Shown: positions 26,461 through 39,430 of the stretch, in pieces | Layout: every line of letters starts with the position of its first letter | Numbering within the stretch: position 1 is the stretch's first letter | NCBI RefSeq assembly: GCF_023055435.1 | Contig: NW_025964223.1 | Location: 55,614,001 to 55,678,000, forward strand | From: Haliotis rufescens | Taxonomy: Eukaryota | Length of the DNA stretch: 64,000 bases | Direction of reading: 5' to 3' | Position numbers and translations under genes: made by a program | The notes under the pieces: model-generated | The model's input: only the letters and a program-made list of their open reading frames with translations | Database searches by the model: none | What the model was told of the DNA's origin: nothing

Positions 26461-27089
26461 CAATGCTTAAGTACTTTATAGTGTTGAAGTTATTGTCACC
26501 ACAACTTCTAAATGTCGCGAACACCTGGTGTCATCACTGAGTTTCAGTGATCCATGCGTGTGATTTTGCCTCTTACGTCAAATGGAATCGGTTTCTATGG
26601 ATGATCGAGGCTGCTTATTCTCTGCCGTTGACGTGTTATACTTGAGTGAGTGAGTGAGTGAGTGAGTGAGTGAGTGATGCCACTTGGAACAGTAGTTCGG
26701 TTATGTCAGCTTAATGTGGAGGAAGTCCTAGAGGGTCTTGGATAATTATCACCGAGCATAGGTGGTCTGCAAACAAGGGGTCACCATCAGGGAGAATCTG
26801 GGATTCAAACCCATGTCCATAGGACCATGGCAGGCCTAAATGACGCAAGTCTACTTATGTGTTCAGCATCCTGGAAGACTATGTCAAAGTGCCTACCACC
26901 GTTTCTTGAGGGATCTCTGAACAAAGACCAACTCTTTGTATTGTGCAAATGCCCTCGGCTATGTTAAAGAAATAATGACTATTATTGTTGTGACTTAAAG
27001 CTAACCAAAATTGCGGATTGATATGAAGGGAAAATGTAATACATAATCATTAACATTGCCATATAACTTTATATCTCTAATTCAGAAAC

Positions 27090-28503
27090 ATGCAGTCCTC
27101 CATCGCTCTCCTGTGCCTCGTTGTCCTGGTGTGCGTGCACTCCAGCGTGACCGACACCCTGGACACCCTGGACACCCAGGACACCCACCTGTCACGTCAT
27201 AGACGGGTGAGGTCTGTGGGTGACATCGTGGACGGACTGACCACCAAGTTCAGTAAATATCTGTCATCTGTTTTCGACGTGGACGAGGACGACTTCAAGG
27301 ACATCCTGAAGGCGCTGGGGAAACTGAAGTTGGCGGTACTGAAGGCACTCCTGAATAAATTCTTTGACTTGAAGGACAAGCACCACGATTTTGGAAGCGC
27401 AGAAAATTTCCAGAGAGTTTCCCAAATGATGGAATCCTTGGAGGCAGATATTCAACAGCAGGAGGCAACCAGCGGGGTCACCCAGGACACCCAACTGTCC
27501 CGCCCTGTGGATGGCATCGTGAATGGACTGACCACCAAGTTCAGTAAATATCTGTCATCTGTTTTCGACCTGGACGAGGACGACTTCAAGGACATCCTCA
27601 AGGCGCTGGGGAAACTGAAGTTGGCGGTACTGAAGGCACTCCTGAATAAATTCTTTGACTTGAAGGACAAGCACCACGATTTTGGAAGCGCAGAAAATTT
27701 CCAGAGAGTGTCCCAAATGATGGAATCCTTGGAAGCAGATATTCAACAGCAGGAGGCAACCAGCGGTGTCACTCAGGACACCCAACTGTCCCGCCCTGTG
27801 GATGGCATCGTGGACGGACTGACCACCAAGTTCAGTAAATATCTGTCATCTGTTTTCGACGTGGACGAGGACGACTTCAAGGACATCCTGAAGGCGCTGG
27901 GGAAACTGAAGTTGGCGGTACTGAAGGCACTCCTGAATAAATTCTTTGACTTGAAGGACAAGCACCACGATTTTGGAAGCGCAGAAAATTTCCAGAGAGT
28001 TTCCCAAATGATGGAATCCTTGGAAGCAGATATTCAACAGCAGGAGGCATCCAGTGGTGAGTGTGTTGTACTTTAGTGCGGCAGTTTTACCGTTATATAT
28101 TGATTAATTGAATAAATTGAAAAATATTAATTGGATAATACAGACACAAAATATACAATAAAAGCATTTCTACATGATGAGCGTTTGGCATGTCAACGTT
28201 GGTTGAGACAGCTTATTTACAGCAAATATGCATCAATATAACAAATGAATTAACAATCGTTGTAACTAGTAACCACTTATGTCAAGAGAATTCACCATAA
28301 GATTAACCTGGGGTTTTTTAACATGAACCATGAACATTCATGGTAGAAAATATATTTGAACTATGCACATTGTCATCAGATTAACATTATTGACTTGATA
28401 TATGATGTGTTTTTGTCTAATTTCAGGGGCACCTGCAGCTTACGTTACCATGACGTCATTGACAATTCCACTGCTGCCAGTGATAGCTAAAGTTTTAAAC
28501 TGA
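27090..28503 (+). CDS. Gene C, join(27090..28056,28427..28503), 347-aa precursor: signal peptide, RHRRVR site, three 97-aa helical repeats, GPI-signal-like tail
   Basis: ttcag|aaacATG; MQSSIALLCLVVLVCVHS; 291-bp internal repeat x3; donor G|GTGAGT at 28057; last exon GAPAAYVTMTSLTIPLLPVIAKVLN*; 1044 nt in frame; AATAAA at 28549. Confidence 0.9.
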
Positions 28504-29340
28504 CCTGTGAGGAATATGTTATATTCATTTGTGTGTTGATGTCAGGGAAATAAAAATTCGTTTTTTTAAACAAGTCTATGTGTTTTTCTTCTGGTGCTAG
28601 AGAAATACAAATTTATGTATTCAATGAACCACGTGAATGAGTTCAGTTTAGCTTAAGACAGTTTGAACAGTTGTTCAGTTATATCACAGTGTATCAACTT
28701 GATATGGGAAGTAGAACTTTGGTTAAACCTACGGGCATCTATTGGGTGCTGACAAACCTGGAAACGTTATCAGGGTGCATCTGGAATTCGAACCCACGAC
28801 TATAGTATTCTAGCCTGCCTAGGGGATGCAGTTCTGCACAGTGCATTTTGGCGCTTCAGACGACGGTTCCTACTGCATGTACACATGATGTTGAAGGCGT
28901 TGTCCGAAATGGGACTGATAGCATAGAGGAGTATATCACAGCACATCAAACGCTCAACTCAAACATCGTGACACTGTAATTTGACAATAACTGGATATCC
29001 CATGTTATATATCGCAAATATTTCACACAATGTATATTTATACACATACTGTAAATAATCGAGGGTGGGATAGATAACCTAGTGATTGATATAGTGAGCA
29101 TCGTCGTCGGTGTACGATGACACACAATCAACCAGGACACCCAGCCTGACCCTCCGAAATATTTGGTCGCCAATAACGACCATCCTAAGTGGGATAGATA
29201 ATCTAGTGATTGATATAGTGAGCAACGTAGTTGGTGTACGATGACACACAATCAACCAGGACACCTAGCCTGACCCTCCGAAACATTTGGTCGCCAATTA
29301 CGACCATCCTAGGTTACTGGGGACATATCATTCTATCACA

Positions 29341-30259
29341 TAATTCCTGCATGGAGGACAATCGGGCGCTCCCCTTTACCAGGGGGGATCTTGCGCTGTG
29401 GCTCTCTGGTATCTGGGTGAGACCATTGGAAAGACGCTGTGTGGCAGGCGTTAACCCAGGTTTCGTCCAAATAGACAGGTTCATAGCCTTCTTCTCGTTT
29501 CTTTTTAATAGTGCGCAAATAATTGATACGCAAACGCGAATGATATCTGGTCGTTCACACATTGCTAGTTTCGACCTTTTCGTCTTTTTGTACTGATATC
29601 CAAATTTGGAAAGGAGTTTACAAATGGTCCATTTGGAAATATCAAAGTCATGCTCTGTAAGGAGAATCTGTTTTAGTTTTCGCATTGAAATAAATTCATT
29701 TTCTCGTGTTAACCGCCGAATCACGTCCCTGACAACTTTCTTATCAAAGGAATCTAACTTTAATTTCCTATCCTGTTTTGAGATGCCCCCTAAGGGATGT
29801 GCAGGGGAGCATGTGTTTTTATGAGAGTTCAAAAGCTTAACTACGGTTTGTTTGGGAAGCCGTAACGCATGAATTGTTCTTTTCGTGTACTTTGAAATGT
29901 CAAAGAAGGGCGAACGTCTTTCACTTTAAGCCTTAAAGTATTCAAATATTTTAACAACGAAACCTTTCGCATCAGCAGAAAGATGCTTGCGCTGAGACAT
30001 CATGAAATCTAATGCTAACACCGTATGCGTGCGTGCGTGATTCCCGTGCAACCTTTCGAGTCGAACAGGTCTGGTTGTTGATGAAATATAGTGATAGCTA
30101 AATAGACAGATTTTTTATTCATGCACCGATTGTCTTTAAATGTAATATCCAGTTATGTATGACTGTTTAATAATCTAATACCAACTTTGACTGGAGTAGG
30201 TCCAATAGTTTTTCAGATATTGTAGTAAACGTCGGTACCTTAAATTAACTTCCAGACTA
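29341..30259 (-). mobile_element. IS630-Tc1-mariner transposon relic (5' part, disrupted transposase)
   Basis: HTH-like LKQILLTEHDFDISKWTICKLLSKFGYQYKK and catalytic VYLDETWVN..GKGERPIVLHAG in shifted frames. TIR-like end tagtctggaagttaatttaagg next to TA. Confidence 0.8.
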
Positions 30260-30936
30260 TAGGTAGGAATTGTTTCCATGAAAAAATATAAATTGAAGCA
30301 TTTGATAATGCAAAAGCTACCATGCTGATGACTAGTGCATATGCTAAGTGTCGTTGAAAAACATAGAACGGTTTTCAGTTATGGCTCGGAATATGATGAG
30401 AACGCAAACGCACACGCAAATTCAAACGCCCATGCGTATATACACACATATGTATGAAGGTGCATGTGAACGGGATATAAGTCGCCGCAAGCAGTTGTGC
30501 GTCTCTCGAGACATATGATCGTTGGTTCAAATTTTAGATTCACCATGATTTTGTTTCCAGGTATCTTTTACTTTTCACACACTCACTCACTCACTCACTC
30601 ACTCACTCACTCACTCACTCACACTGTTTCCCTGTTTCATGTGTGGAGATAAACAGTTATGTCCCTTCTACCATGTGACACTCGTTTCCACAATCATCAC
30701 CACTGGCGTGTTTCCGTAACCTACAAGAAGCCTGGCCAAGGATGACACGAATTGGTCATGAACGAAAATGCAACTCGAGATATGATGCAAAATGACTGCC
30801 AGAAGTAGAAATACTACATCCATACGATGTTAACAATGTTACAGTGTTTTGTTTTTTTTGTTTTTTTTTGTTTTATTGCTTGAAAAAGCTGCCATTGTAC
30901 TACGAATGTACACCGCATACAGATGAACTATTTTGG

Positions 30937-31099
30937 AGTGAGTGAGTTTGGTTTTACGCCGCTTTTAGCAATATTCCAGCAATATCACGGCGGGGGACGC
31001 CAGAAATGGGCTTCAAACATTGTACCCATGTCGGGATTCGAACCCGGGTCTTCGGCGTGACAAGCGAACGCTTTAACCACTAGGCTACCCGACCGCCCC
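30937..31099 (-). mobile_element. SINE family 2
   Basis: Family-2 match; flanking ctattttgga is duplicated. Confidence 0.88.
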
Positions 31100-31412
31100 T
31101 CTATTTTGGAAAACAGCTCATAATGTGTAGAAGAAATTACATGTAAAGTGTGACTTGATCATGAGGTAAAACAAAAAGGAAAACACTTTGAACATTATGA
31201 AGAGGTCATGACTGTCAGAGTACAGGAATGAAGGATGTGATCGCGCATCTTTCCAAATCATCCAACTCCCCATCCGCTACCTACAAGAAGCCACGCCCCC
31301 TTTCTCGATGGCCGCGAGTGCTTAAATTGTTGGGTTGTCAGTTTCGGACCCGATGTATACGAATAACATATTTGAGGTGATAAGATTTAGGTTGTTACCT
31401 GTAGGATCATGT

Positions 31413-31697
31413 GGGGGTACGGGTGGCCCAGTTGCCCATTCGCCGCGATTCGATGTGCAGAGTTGCGTCCCTTGGGCACGCCAGAAACCTATGATTGTGG
31501 GTTCGAATCCCGGTTCGCCCCGATTATGTTCCTAGGTTTGTCAGTACCACACCCGTGCTCGTGGGTTTTACCGAACTGGCAAAAGTCTGAGACCTGCATC
31601 ACTTCGGGCTTTCCTACCACATTAAGCCGACACGCCGTGATATAACTGTAAAGCTGTTAAATGCGGCGTTAAACCCAACTCACTCACTCACTCACTC
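31413..31697 (+). mobile_element. SINE family 1
   Basis: Family-1 match; flanking ctgtaggatcatgt is duplicated. Confidence 0.88.
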
Positions 31698-32087
31698 GCT
31701 GTAGGATCATGTTCGTTGACATTCAGGAAAAAAGCTCGCTTGACAGTGACGAACTTGTCATTGAGCAATAATACATCAAACGTTAGAGCACGCATTAACG
31801 CAAAAGATAGAATAACAATGTATGTACCTATCAAAGTCTTGCTGTAAAATATTCTGTTTTCGTCAATATCCATTTGCGATATTTACATATTTGTATGTGA
31901 CATACAAAGGGAGCTAATGCTTTCCGTAAATGCGATAAAACAGAATTCAGTGTCATACGTTAGATCACGACAATGTTCTCAAATACTGGAATTTGTTGTG
32001 TGGACATGTAAGTAGTAAAAGAACAGGGGCGGGATCTGTTCAGGTCATTCCTATATTTTTGACGACACTCTTCAATCATTTTAAAAT

Positions 32088-32973
32088 TGAACAAGAGTCA
32101 TCCGAAGATGACATATCCCCCCGACGTGGCATGTCGGTAAACTGTGTGTACCTTCAAATGTATTTAGATTGGCAAGGAAATCTTTTTCCTTGATGCCAAA
32201 ACCAGAAATATAATGATTGTTATTAAATATCGGTTCATGTAGCTCACTTTCTGATGATCTCATGAAATTGTAATAACAATAACTTCGCAGATTCTCATAT
32301 GAATAGCTCTGGAGTAGCCTCATGACACAAAGGCATAAAGAGAATGTACTAGGTTATGTAGCTCACATCATATATAGTATATGATATCGGTAAATAGTAC
32401 TACACCTTAGAATTATATGTCAGGGGCTACAAATTAAAAAGATTAAAATCTATAAATAACAAACTGCACTACTAGTGAACATGATTGATATGTGCATAAA
32501 GTTTGGTGAATCTCTGCAGCATGGTTTAGAAGATATGCTCCAGACGAGGACATTACCCTACTAGTAAGTTCATCAATTTTCAATTTAAATTGGTAAAGAA
32601 AAAAAAGAAAAAATCTGTTAATAGCAAAAGCACCACAACATAACCTGCGTGAAAGGTGTAAAAACTTTTGAGAAGCTAAGTTGTATGGTTCGGGAGATAA
32701 GGCCGGACAAGAGCACTACCCTCAAATTTCCTAAGTTCATAATATTTCCATGGAAACGACAAAAACATAAAATTCTAAAAATCTCTAAATAGCAAAAGGC
32801 ACTTCTACTGAGCCTGATTGGTAAGTGTACCAAGTTTTGTGAAGCTAGGTTGTACGGTTTAGGAAATAGGCTCCGGACAGACAATGATTACAGACGGACA
32901 AACTGACGGATGGACGGACAGACGGACATACTGATGGCTATATCCCCCCGTCATTATATGTCGGGGGGATAAC
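32088..32973 (+). mobile_element. Non-autonomous Helentron/DINE-1-like (HINE) element
   Basis: 5' aacaagag.. with sub-terminal tatccccccg repeated at the 3' end, internal degenerate repeats, (GACG/GACA)n microsatellite, and 3' hairpin atccccccg..cggggggat. Confidence 0.7.
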
Positions 32974-34458
32974 AATTGTAATATTTATTTGCGGCGGTGT
33001 AACAATTACACGATAAGCCGCTTCAGTATCAGTTTCAGTGAGCGACATCTTCCTGTGATTTACATGTACAGCAACTGTCCAAAGTTCATTCAGTACGTAC
33101 AAGGAACGAATTGATTATTTGTGATTTAACAGAAACATTTGATAATTTACATGTATGTTAATAACAACTGTGTGTACCTTTATGCGAATTCTGAAAAAAA
33201 CAATCCTGAATCTATAGACCATTTATTCTATTAGTGTGAAATTGTTTCTAATATATGACACAAAATAGAAAAATGGATTCTCTTAATAAGTACTAATACA
33301 GTTTTCAAATCTAACTATTCTATTAGGCATAAAAAGGTAAAAACAACAATCCTATTAATGCAATCATATCATTGGTTTAGAAAATTATTTATAGATCTAG
33401 CATAAACAAGACTATGCCAAAAAATGTGTTGAAGACATAAATGAGAGAGGATTAGATATAATGGCCTCACTAAATTTATTATTTTTCTAGTGGAGAAAAA
33501 GAAAAGTTCTTTTCTTTCTGGTCATATCTATACTAACTGTTGAAGGAAAGTAATTTGTTGAATGTACCTTAATGTGCCTTATCTATAAAGGTTAAGTATA
33601 AACCTGTATTGACGATCTATATTGTTTCCAAATTGAATGCATATCAAAACCTATACACGTATATTGTGATGTTCTTATTAGCTTTCATTTAACATGTACC
33701 TTTTTTAAATACAGTATGTATCTATATATACACAGCTATCAATTTCAGCAATATGTAATTATGCATAATAAATGTATTGATTCATATTAAGTCAAACATA
33801 ATATGCGTACTGTATCAATAATGTAACATGTGTTGCTTGCCTGTACCTGAAGATACAGGAAATTAAAAATAAACAAACTGTGTGAGGGGTAAAATGGTGT
33901 TTTACGGGGAAATAAGAATACGAAATAAATGCAAAATTATATACAAAGCGTGCCCATAAGATTGTTTTAAAATATCGACCTTTTTAGGAGGCAGGAAAGG
34001 AGGGCCAATGCACAGGAAAAAAGAAACAGTGAATTATTTATAGATTGATTCGTCAGACCTATTGTCCATACCTTAACAAAGCAAATACAATTAGATTGCT
34101 TCTGCTACTGAAAATCATCTTCCGGAGGCAAGCGTATCCAGTAGCCTGTATCAAAGACTTTGATAAAAACGCTAGTGGACGCTCATGCCTCGGGGAGATG
34201 CTGAAAATACGGACAATGATATTGCATATTCACCATCACCCAAAATAACTCGTTTGATTATAGTGTTGTCATTTGTGCAGACAGATATAGAGCTGTATCA
34301 TGCTATGTTGTTATTGAGGGTCGACATTACGACTACCCGCGTCATGAAGATAAGACTCCGTTTCCTTATGAGTAACATCTCCACGCTTTGTCACATCTAC
34401 TTAGGTTATCTATAGTTAAGTCTCCATGATCGCCCTGTCATCCCCGCTATCAGGGTCG

Positions 34459-34807
34459 TGACGTCATAACAACACGGGAGATAACTCTTGCTGTTATTGT
34501 CTTGTACTGTAAAGATCAAACCTGACACCTAAATAAATAGGTCACAGGAAGTTATACGTGAACTGGAAGGGAAACCCTCTCCACCTGAGCGGATGCTTCC
34601 AATTGTCCTCCCAAATGACACGACCCTCCTACGACAAGCAAAGAGGCTGTGTCATGAATATATGGCACCACCTACTGAATCACCCTCGGAAACAGTGTTG
34701 CAGAATGACAAGGTTCCCAGCTTCCCTATATAATGGTACAGACTCAGTGTTCAACATAGAAGCTGAACCGAAGCTGACCTACCTACAGTTCTATATCTCA
34801 GAGAAAG
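34459..34807 (+). promoter_or_regulatory. Gene D promoter and non-coding exon 1
   Basis: TGACGTCA 34459-34466, TATATAA 34727-34733, donor AAAG|GTAAGC at 34807/34808. Confidence 0.7.
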
Positions 34808-35225
34808 GTAAGCCTTTCTGTCATTTATATTATGACGTTTTATTCATTTGCATTTCTTGTATGGATAAGATATTCAGATGCAGATTTTTGCCTAAGGTAC
34901 AAATAATATTCTTATCGTTGAAACAGGCTATCGGTGCTTCAGTACTTTTATTATATAATTATTATTATAAATATTGATTTTGCTGTCAATGTGTTTTCGC
35001 GAACACCTGGTATCATCACTGATTTTCAGTGATTCATGCGTAAAACTTTCACCTTGGCTTTAATTTTATGCACTTAGGAATCTAATAATGTTTGAGATAT
35101 TACTATTGTCGTCACTTAAAATTAACCTTACACATACAGAATATATTTTAACTAGAAATATTGCGGATTTATATGTGGGGAAAATAAAAAACCATAAAAC
35201 TTAAGTCATTTCTCTATTCAGAAAC

Positions 35226-36593
35226 ATGCAATCCTCCATCGCCCTCCTGTGCCTCGTTGTCCTGGTGTGCGTGCACTCCACCGTGACCGACACCCTAGAC
35301 ACCCAGGACACCCACCTGTCACGTCATAGACGGGTGAGGTCTGTGGGTGACATCGTGGACGGACTGACAACCAAGTTCGGTAAATATCTGTCATCTGTTT
35401 TCGACGTGGACGAGGACGACTTCAAGGACATCCTCAAGGCGCTGGGGAAACTGAAGTTGGCGGTACTGAAGGCACTCCTGAATAAATTCTTTGACTTGAA
35501 GGACAAACACCACGATTTTGGAAGCGCAGAAAATTTCCAGAGAGTGTCCCAAATGATGGAATCCTTGGAGGCGGATATTCAACAGCAGGAGACAACCAGC
35601 GGTGTCACTCAGGACACCCAACTGTCCCGCCCTGTGGATGGCATCGTGGACGGACTGACCACCAAGTTCAGTAAATATCTGTCATCTGTTTTCGACGTGG
35701 ACGAGGACGACTTCAAGGACATCCTGAAGGCGCTGGGGAAACTGAAGTTGGCGGTACTGAAGGCACTCCTGAATAAATTCTTTGACTTGAAGGACAAGCA
35801 CCACGATTTTGGAAGCGCAGAAAATTTCCAGAGAGTGTCCCAAATGATGGAAACGTTGGAGGCGGACATTCAACAGCAGGAGGCATCCAGCGGTGAGTGT
35901 TATGTAGTTCAGTCTGGAAGTATTACCGCTATTAAACTATTCCAAAAAATATCGATTGGATAATACAGATACAAACATATTACGAAACCATTTCTATAAT
36001 TGTTTGCATGTCAACGTTGTTTGAGACAGCCTATTTCTATACCAGATGACATTAACGGATGTTTGTAAGCAAATATGCATCAATATATCAAATTATTAAT
36101 AATCGTAGCAAGTAACCACTTATATTAGGAGCCTATAAGATTAACATGAGGTGTTTTATGACATGAGTGAGTGAGTGAGTGAGTTAATGCTTTACGTCAT
36201 CACATCGGCAATATTTCAGCCATATCGTGACGAGTTATGACATGAAGATGCATGGTAGAAAATAAGCTTTAACTATGCATATTGGTAACAGTATTAACTT
36301 GTTCTTTTGTTTGGCTGTTGTGTTTCTTGGTTTGTTGTTTAACTTCGCAATATTCCAGCTGTATGACGGCGTCTGTAAATAATCGCGCCTGAACCAGACA
36401 ATCCAATGATTGCCAAGATGAGCATCGATCCACGTCAATCTAGGGTTGCTGTAGACCTGATTCTTCAAGAGTACACTAATTTGGAATGATATATGATGGG
36501 TTTTGTCTTATTTCAGGGGCGCCTGCAGCTTACGTTACCATGACGTCATTGACAATTCCACTGCTGCCAGTGATAGCTAAAGTTTTAAACTGA
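35226..36593 (+). CDS. Gene D, join(35226..35892,36517..36593), 247-aa precursor, two-repeat paralog of C
   Basis: Same signal peptide, RHRRVR site and last exon (GAPAAYVTMTSLTIPLLPVIAKVLN*). Donor 35893, acceptor 36516; 744 nt in frame. Confidence 0.9.
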
Positions 36594-37637
36594 TCTGTCA
36601 GGAATATGTTATATTGTGTGTTGATGTCAGGGAAATAAAAATTCGTTTTTTAAACATGTCTATGTGTTTTTCTTCTGGTGCTAGAGAAATACAAATTTCT
36701 GTATTCAATGTACCACGTGAATGAGTTCAGTTTAGCTTAAGCCAGTTTGAACAGTTGTTCAGTTATATCACATTGATCAACTTGATATGGGAGGAAATAG
36801 AACGATAACATGTATGGTGCTGACACAAACCTGGAAACGTTTTTAGGGTGCATCAGGGTTCCGAACCCACGACTATAGTATTCTAGCCTGCCTAGGCGAT
36901 GCAGTTCTGCACAGTGCATTTTGGCGCTTCAGACGACGGGTCCACCCTGCATGTACACATGATGTTGAAGGCGTTGTCCGCAATGAGACTGATAGCATAG
37001 AGGAGTATATCACAGCACCGTGACACTGTAATTTGACAATAACTGGATATCCCATGTTATATATCGCCAATATTTCACACAATGGATATTTATACACATA
37101 CTGTAAATAATCGAGGATGGGATAGATAACCTAGTGATTGATATAGTGAGCATCGTCGTCGGTGTACGGTGACACACAATCAACCAGGACACCAAGCCTG
37201 ACCCCCCCGAAACATCTGGTCGCCAATAACGACCATCCTAAGTGGGATAGTTAACCTAGTGATTGATATAGTGAGCATCGTCGTCGGTGTACGATGACAA
37301 CCAACAAACCAGGACACCCAGTCTGACCTTCCGAAACATTCGGACCAACTACGACCATCCTCGGTTACTGGGGACCAGTTCTATCACAGAACCCCCCGAT
37401 TTATAAGAAAGTCGTAGATATACGACCCTTGATATGAGTATGTGTTCGGTAAATCGAATATTCGATAACACGGACGTTCTGTACTTAAATACACGCACTG
37501 ACATTACAGACCTGGCTATAAAAACAGTAAGGCATCACACTATACACACAGTGGCAGTGGCAGTGAACAACCTATCGCAAAAGAAGTAATCATCAAGTGT
37601 CTCAAGTGCATATTTAACCTGTGGTTCTGGTGATGGC

Positions 37638-37797
37638 GGGGCGGTCGGGTAGCCTAGTGGTTAAATCGTTCGCTCATCACGCCGAACACCCGGGGTCGAT
37701 TCCAAAGCTTGGTACAATATGTGAAGCCCATTTCTGGTAATCCCTGCCATGGTATTGCTTGAATAGTGTTAAACGTAAAACCATATTCACTCACTCA
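37638..37797 (+). mobile_element. SINE family 2
   Basis: Family-2 match. Confidence 0.8.
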
Positions 37798-38643
37798 CCC
37801 CTACACACAAGGGTAGACAGAATGTCGAAGGGAGCATATCGTCAATGCCATATATTTGCCTAACCAAAATTAGAACTAAATCTTAATAATGCTTTAACAG
37901 AAATAGTTTCAGACATAGAATTATAAACGTTCTGTAGTTATAATACGATGCAGGTGTCATACATACAGGCGCTATGAATTTAGAACACGGTTATTGTGTG
38001 AGACACGAAATGGCAGACATCAGCCCCATTGTTGAGTAACAGAACTACAAAGTTCATATATTGACAGGAAATCTAAAATATCCGTGTGCGACAAACCGTT
38101 TTGGTTATATGATTCCCTTATCTATCAGGTGCAGGTATGTAATTAAATTGTCGAACTGACCTTTGTCATGTCGGTTTGACCATGTGCGTGGCCGCGTGAC
38201 GTGACGTACCTTTTGACACACACTGACCTGTAGAGATGAAGGTCAATCCCTGTATAGCCTTCACTGCATTTACTGCCTCACTAACTCAAGGTTTGACTCA
38301 AATAAACATCAGTAGTATCAGGAATATAAAAATGAAATGTTCACAAACACAGCATTTATATTCATTTCCCAAAACGCAACGTTGTGCTGCAATGAAAGGG
38401 TCTTTATAAAAAGCTCGATTTGTCCTAAAACATCAATGCCAATCACAGCAACAGAAGAAGGATATATTACGTGAACTACAGAGAATAACTGTTAAAAAGT
38501 ATTACTGTTAAAAAGTATTTAAAGAATAAAATAATGGAAACAATGAATATGTAATTTAAACTGCCGGGCAAACGAAAGTATACACGTAAAACGTGGATTT
38601 GACCAAAAAATTACAAACGTTATCAAAACGTTCCTAGACTGAA

Positions 38644-38907
38644 GGGGGGCACGTCTGTGCGCCGTGATTCGCTCTGCAGAGTTGCGTCCCTTGGGCACGC
38701 CAGAAACCTATGATTGTGGGTTCGAATCCCGGTTCGCCCCGATTATGTTACTAGGTTCGTCAGCACCATACCCGTGCTCTTGGGTTTCACCGAAGTGGTA
38801 AACGTCTGAGACCTGCATCACTTCGAGCTTTCCTCCCACATTAAGCTGACACGCCGCGATATAACTGGAATACTGTTAAAAGTGGCGTTAAACCCAACTC
38901 ACTCACT
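38644..38907 (+). mobile_element. SINE family 1
   Basis: TSD CCTAGACTGAA (38633-38643/38908-38918). Confidence 0.9.
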
Positions 38908-39289
38908 CCTAGACTGAAAAAAGTCCCCGAAACACTGCAAATGGAAACACATAAAGTTTCCTGGTCGAAAACCGTAAGGGGGGAATATTCATGTGGGAAA
39001 ATATTCCAGTGTTAGTAACACACTGGCTGTCGAAATAAAATCCTTGGCAAACATTTCCACTGGATCCGAGAAAGGATCTCCAGGGGGACTACATATCCTA
39101 TTACACAAACTAAAGGTCCAAAGCACAACGATGATACCCGTATCAAATACATCCCCATCGAATAACCATTTCTTGTTTGCTTCATTTCTAGACATCATCA
39201 AACATGGATGTGTACTTTCTCTTGCCCGGCAGTTTATATTGTTTAACATAGTTCCTCACACACACGCATGCACAATTACTGTGATATGT

Positions 39290-39430
39290 TGTTGGTTGGT
39301 TTGGTTGGTTGGTTTGTTGTTTTACGCCGCACTCAGCAATATTCCAGCTATATGACGGTGGTCTGTAAATAATCGAGTCTGGACCAGACAATCCAGTGAT
39401 TGACATCCTGAGCATCGATCCACGCAATTG
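39290..39430 (-). mobile_element. SINE-like family 3, 3' half, at the edge of the minisatellite
   Basis: Family-3 tail match; a minisatellite unit also lies before it at ~39255-39288. Confidence 0.8.

Noticed and set aside
27197-28037. Antisense ORFs over genes C and D (similar ones over A, B, E and G)
   Set aside because: These are shadow ORFs of the real coding strand, with no independent signals.
27090-36593. C and D as an uncollapsed haplotype artefact
   Set aside because: Their introns and upstream flanks are clearly diverged and carry different insertions, which fits true paralogs better. Read depth would be the decisive test.
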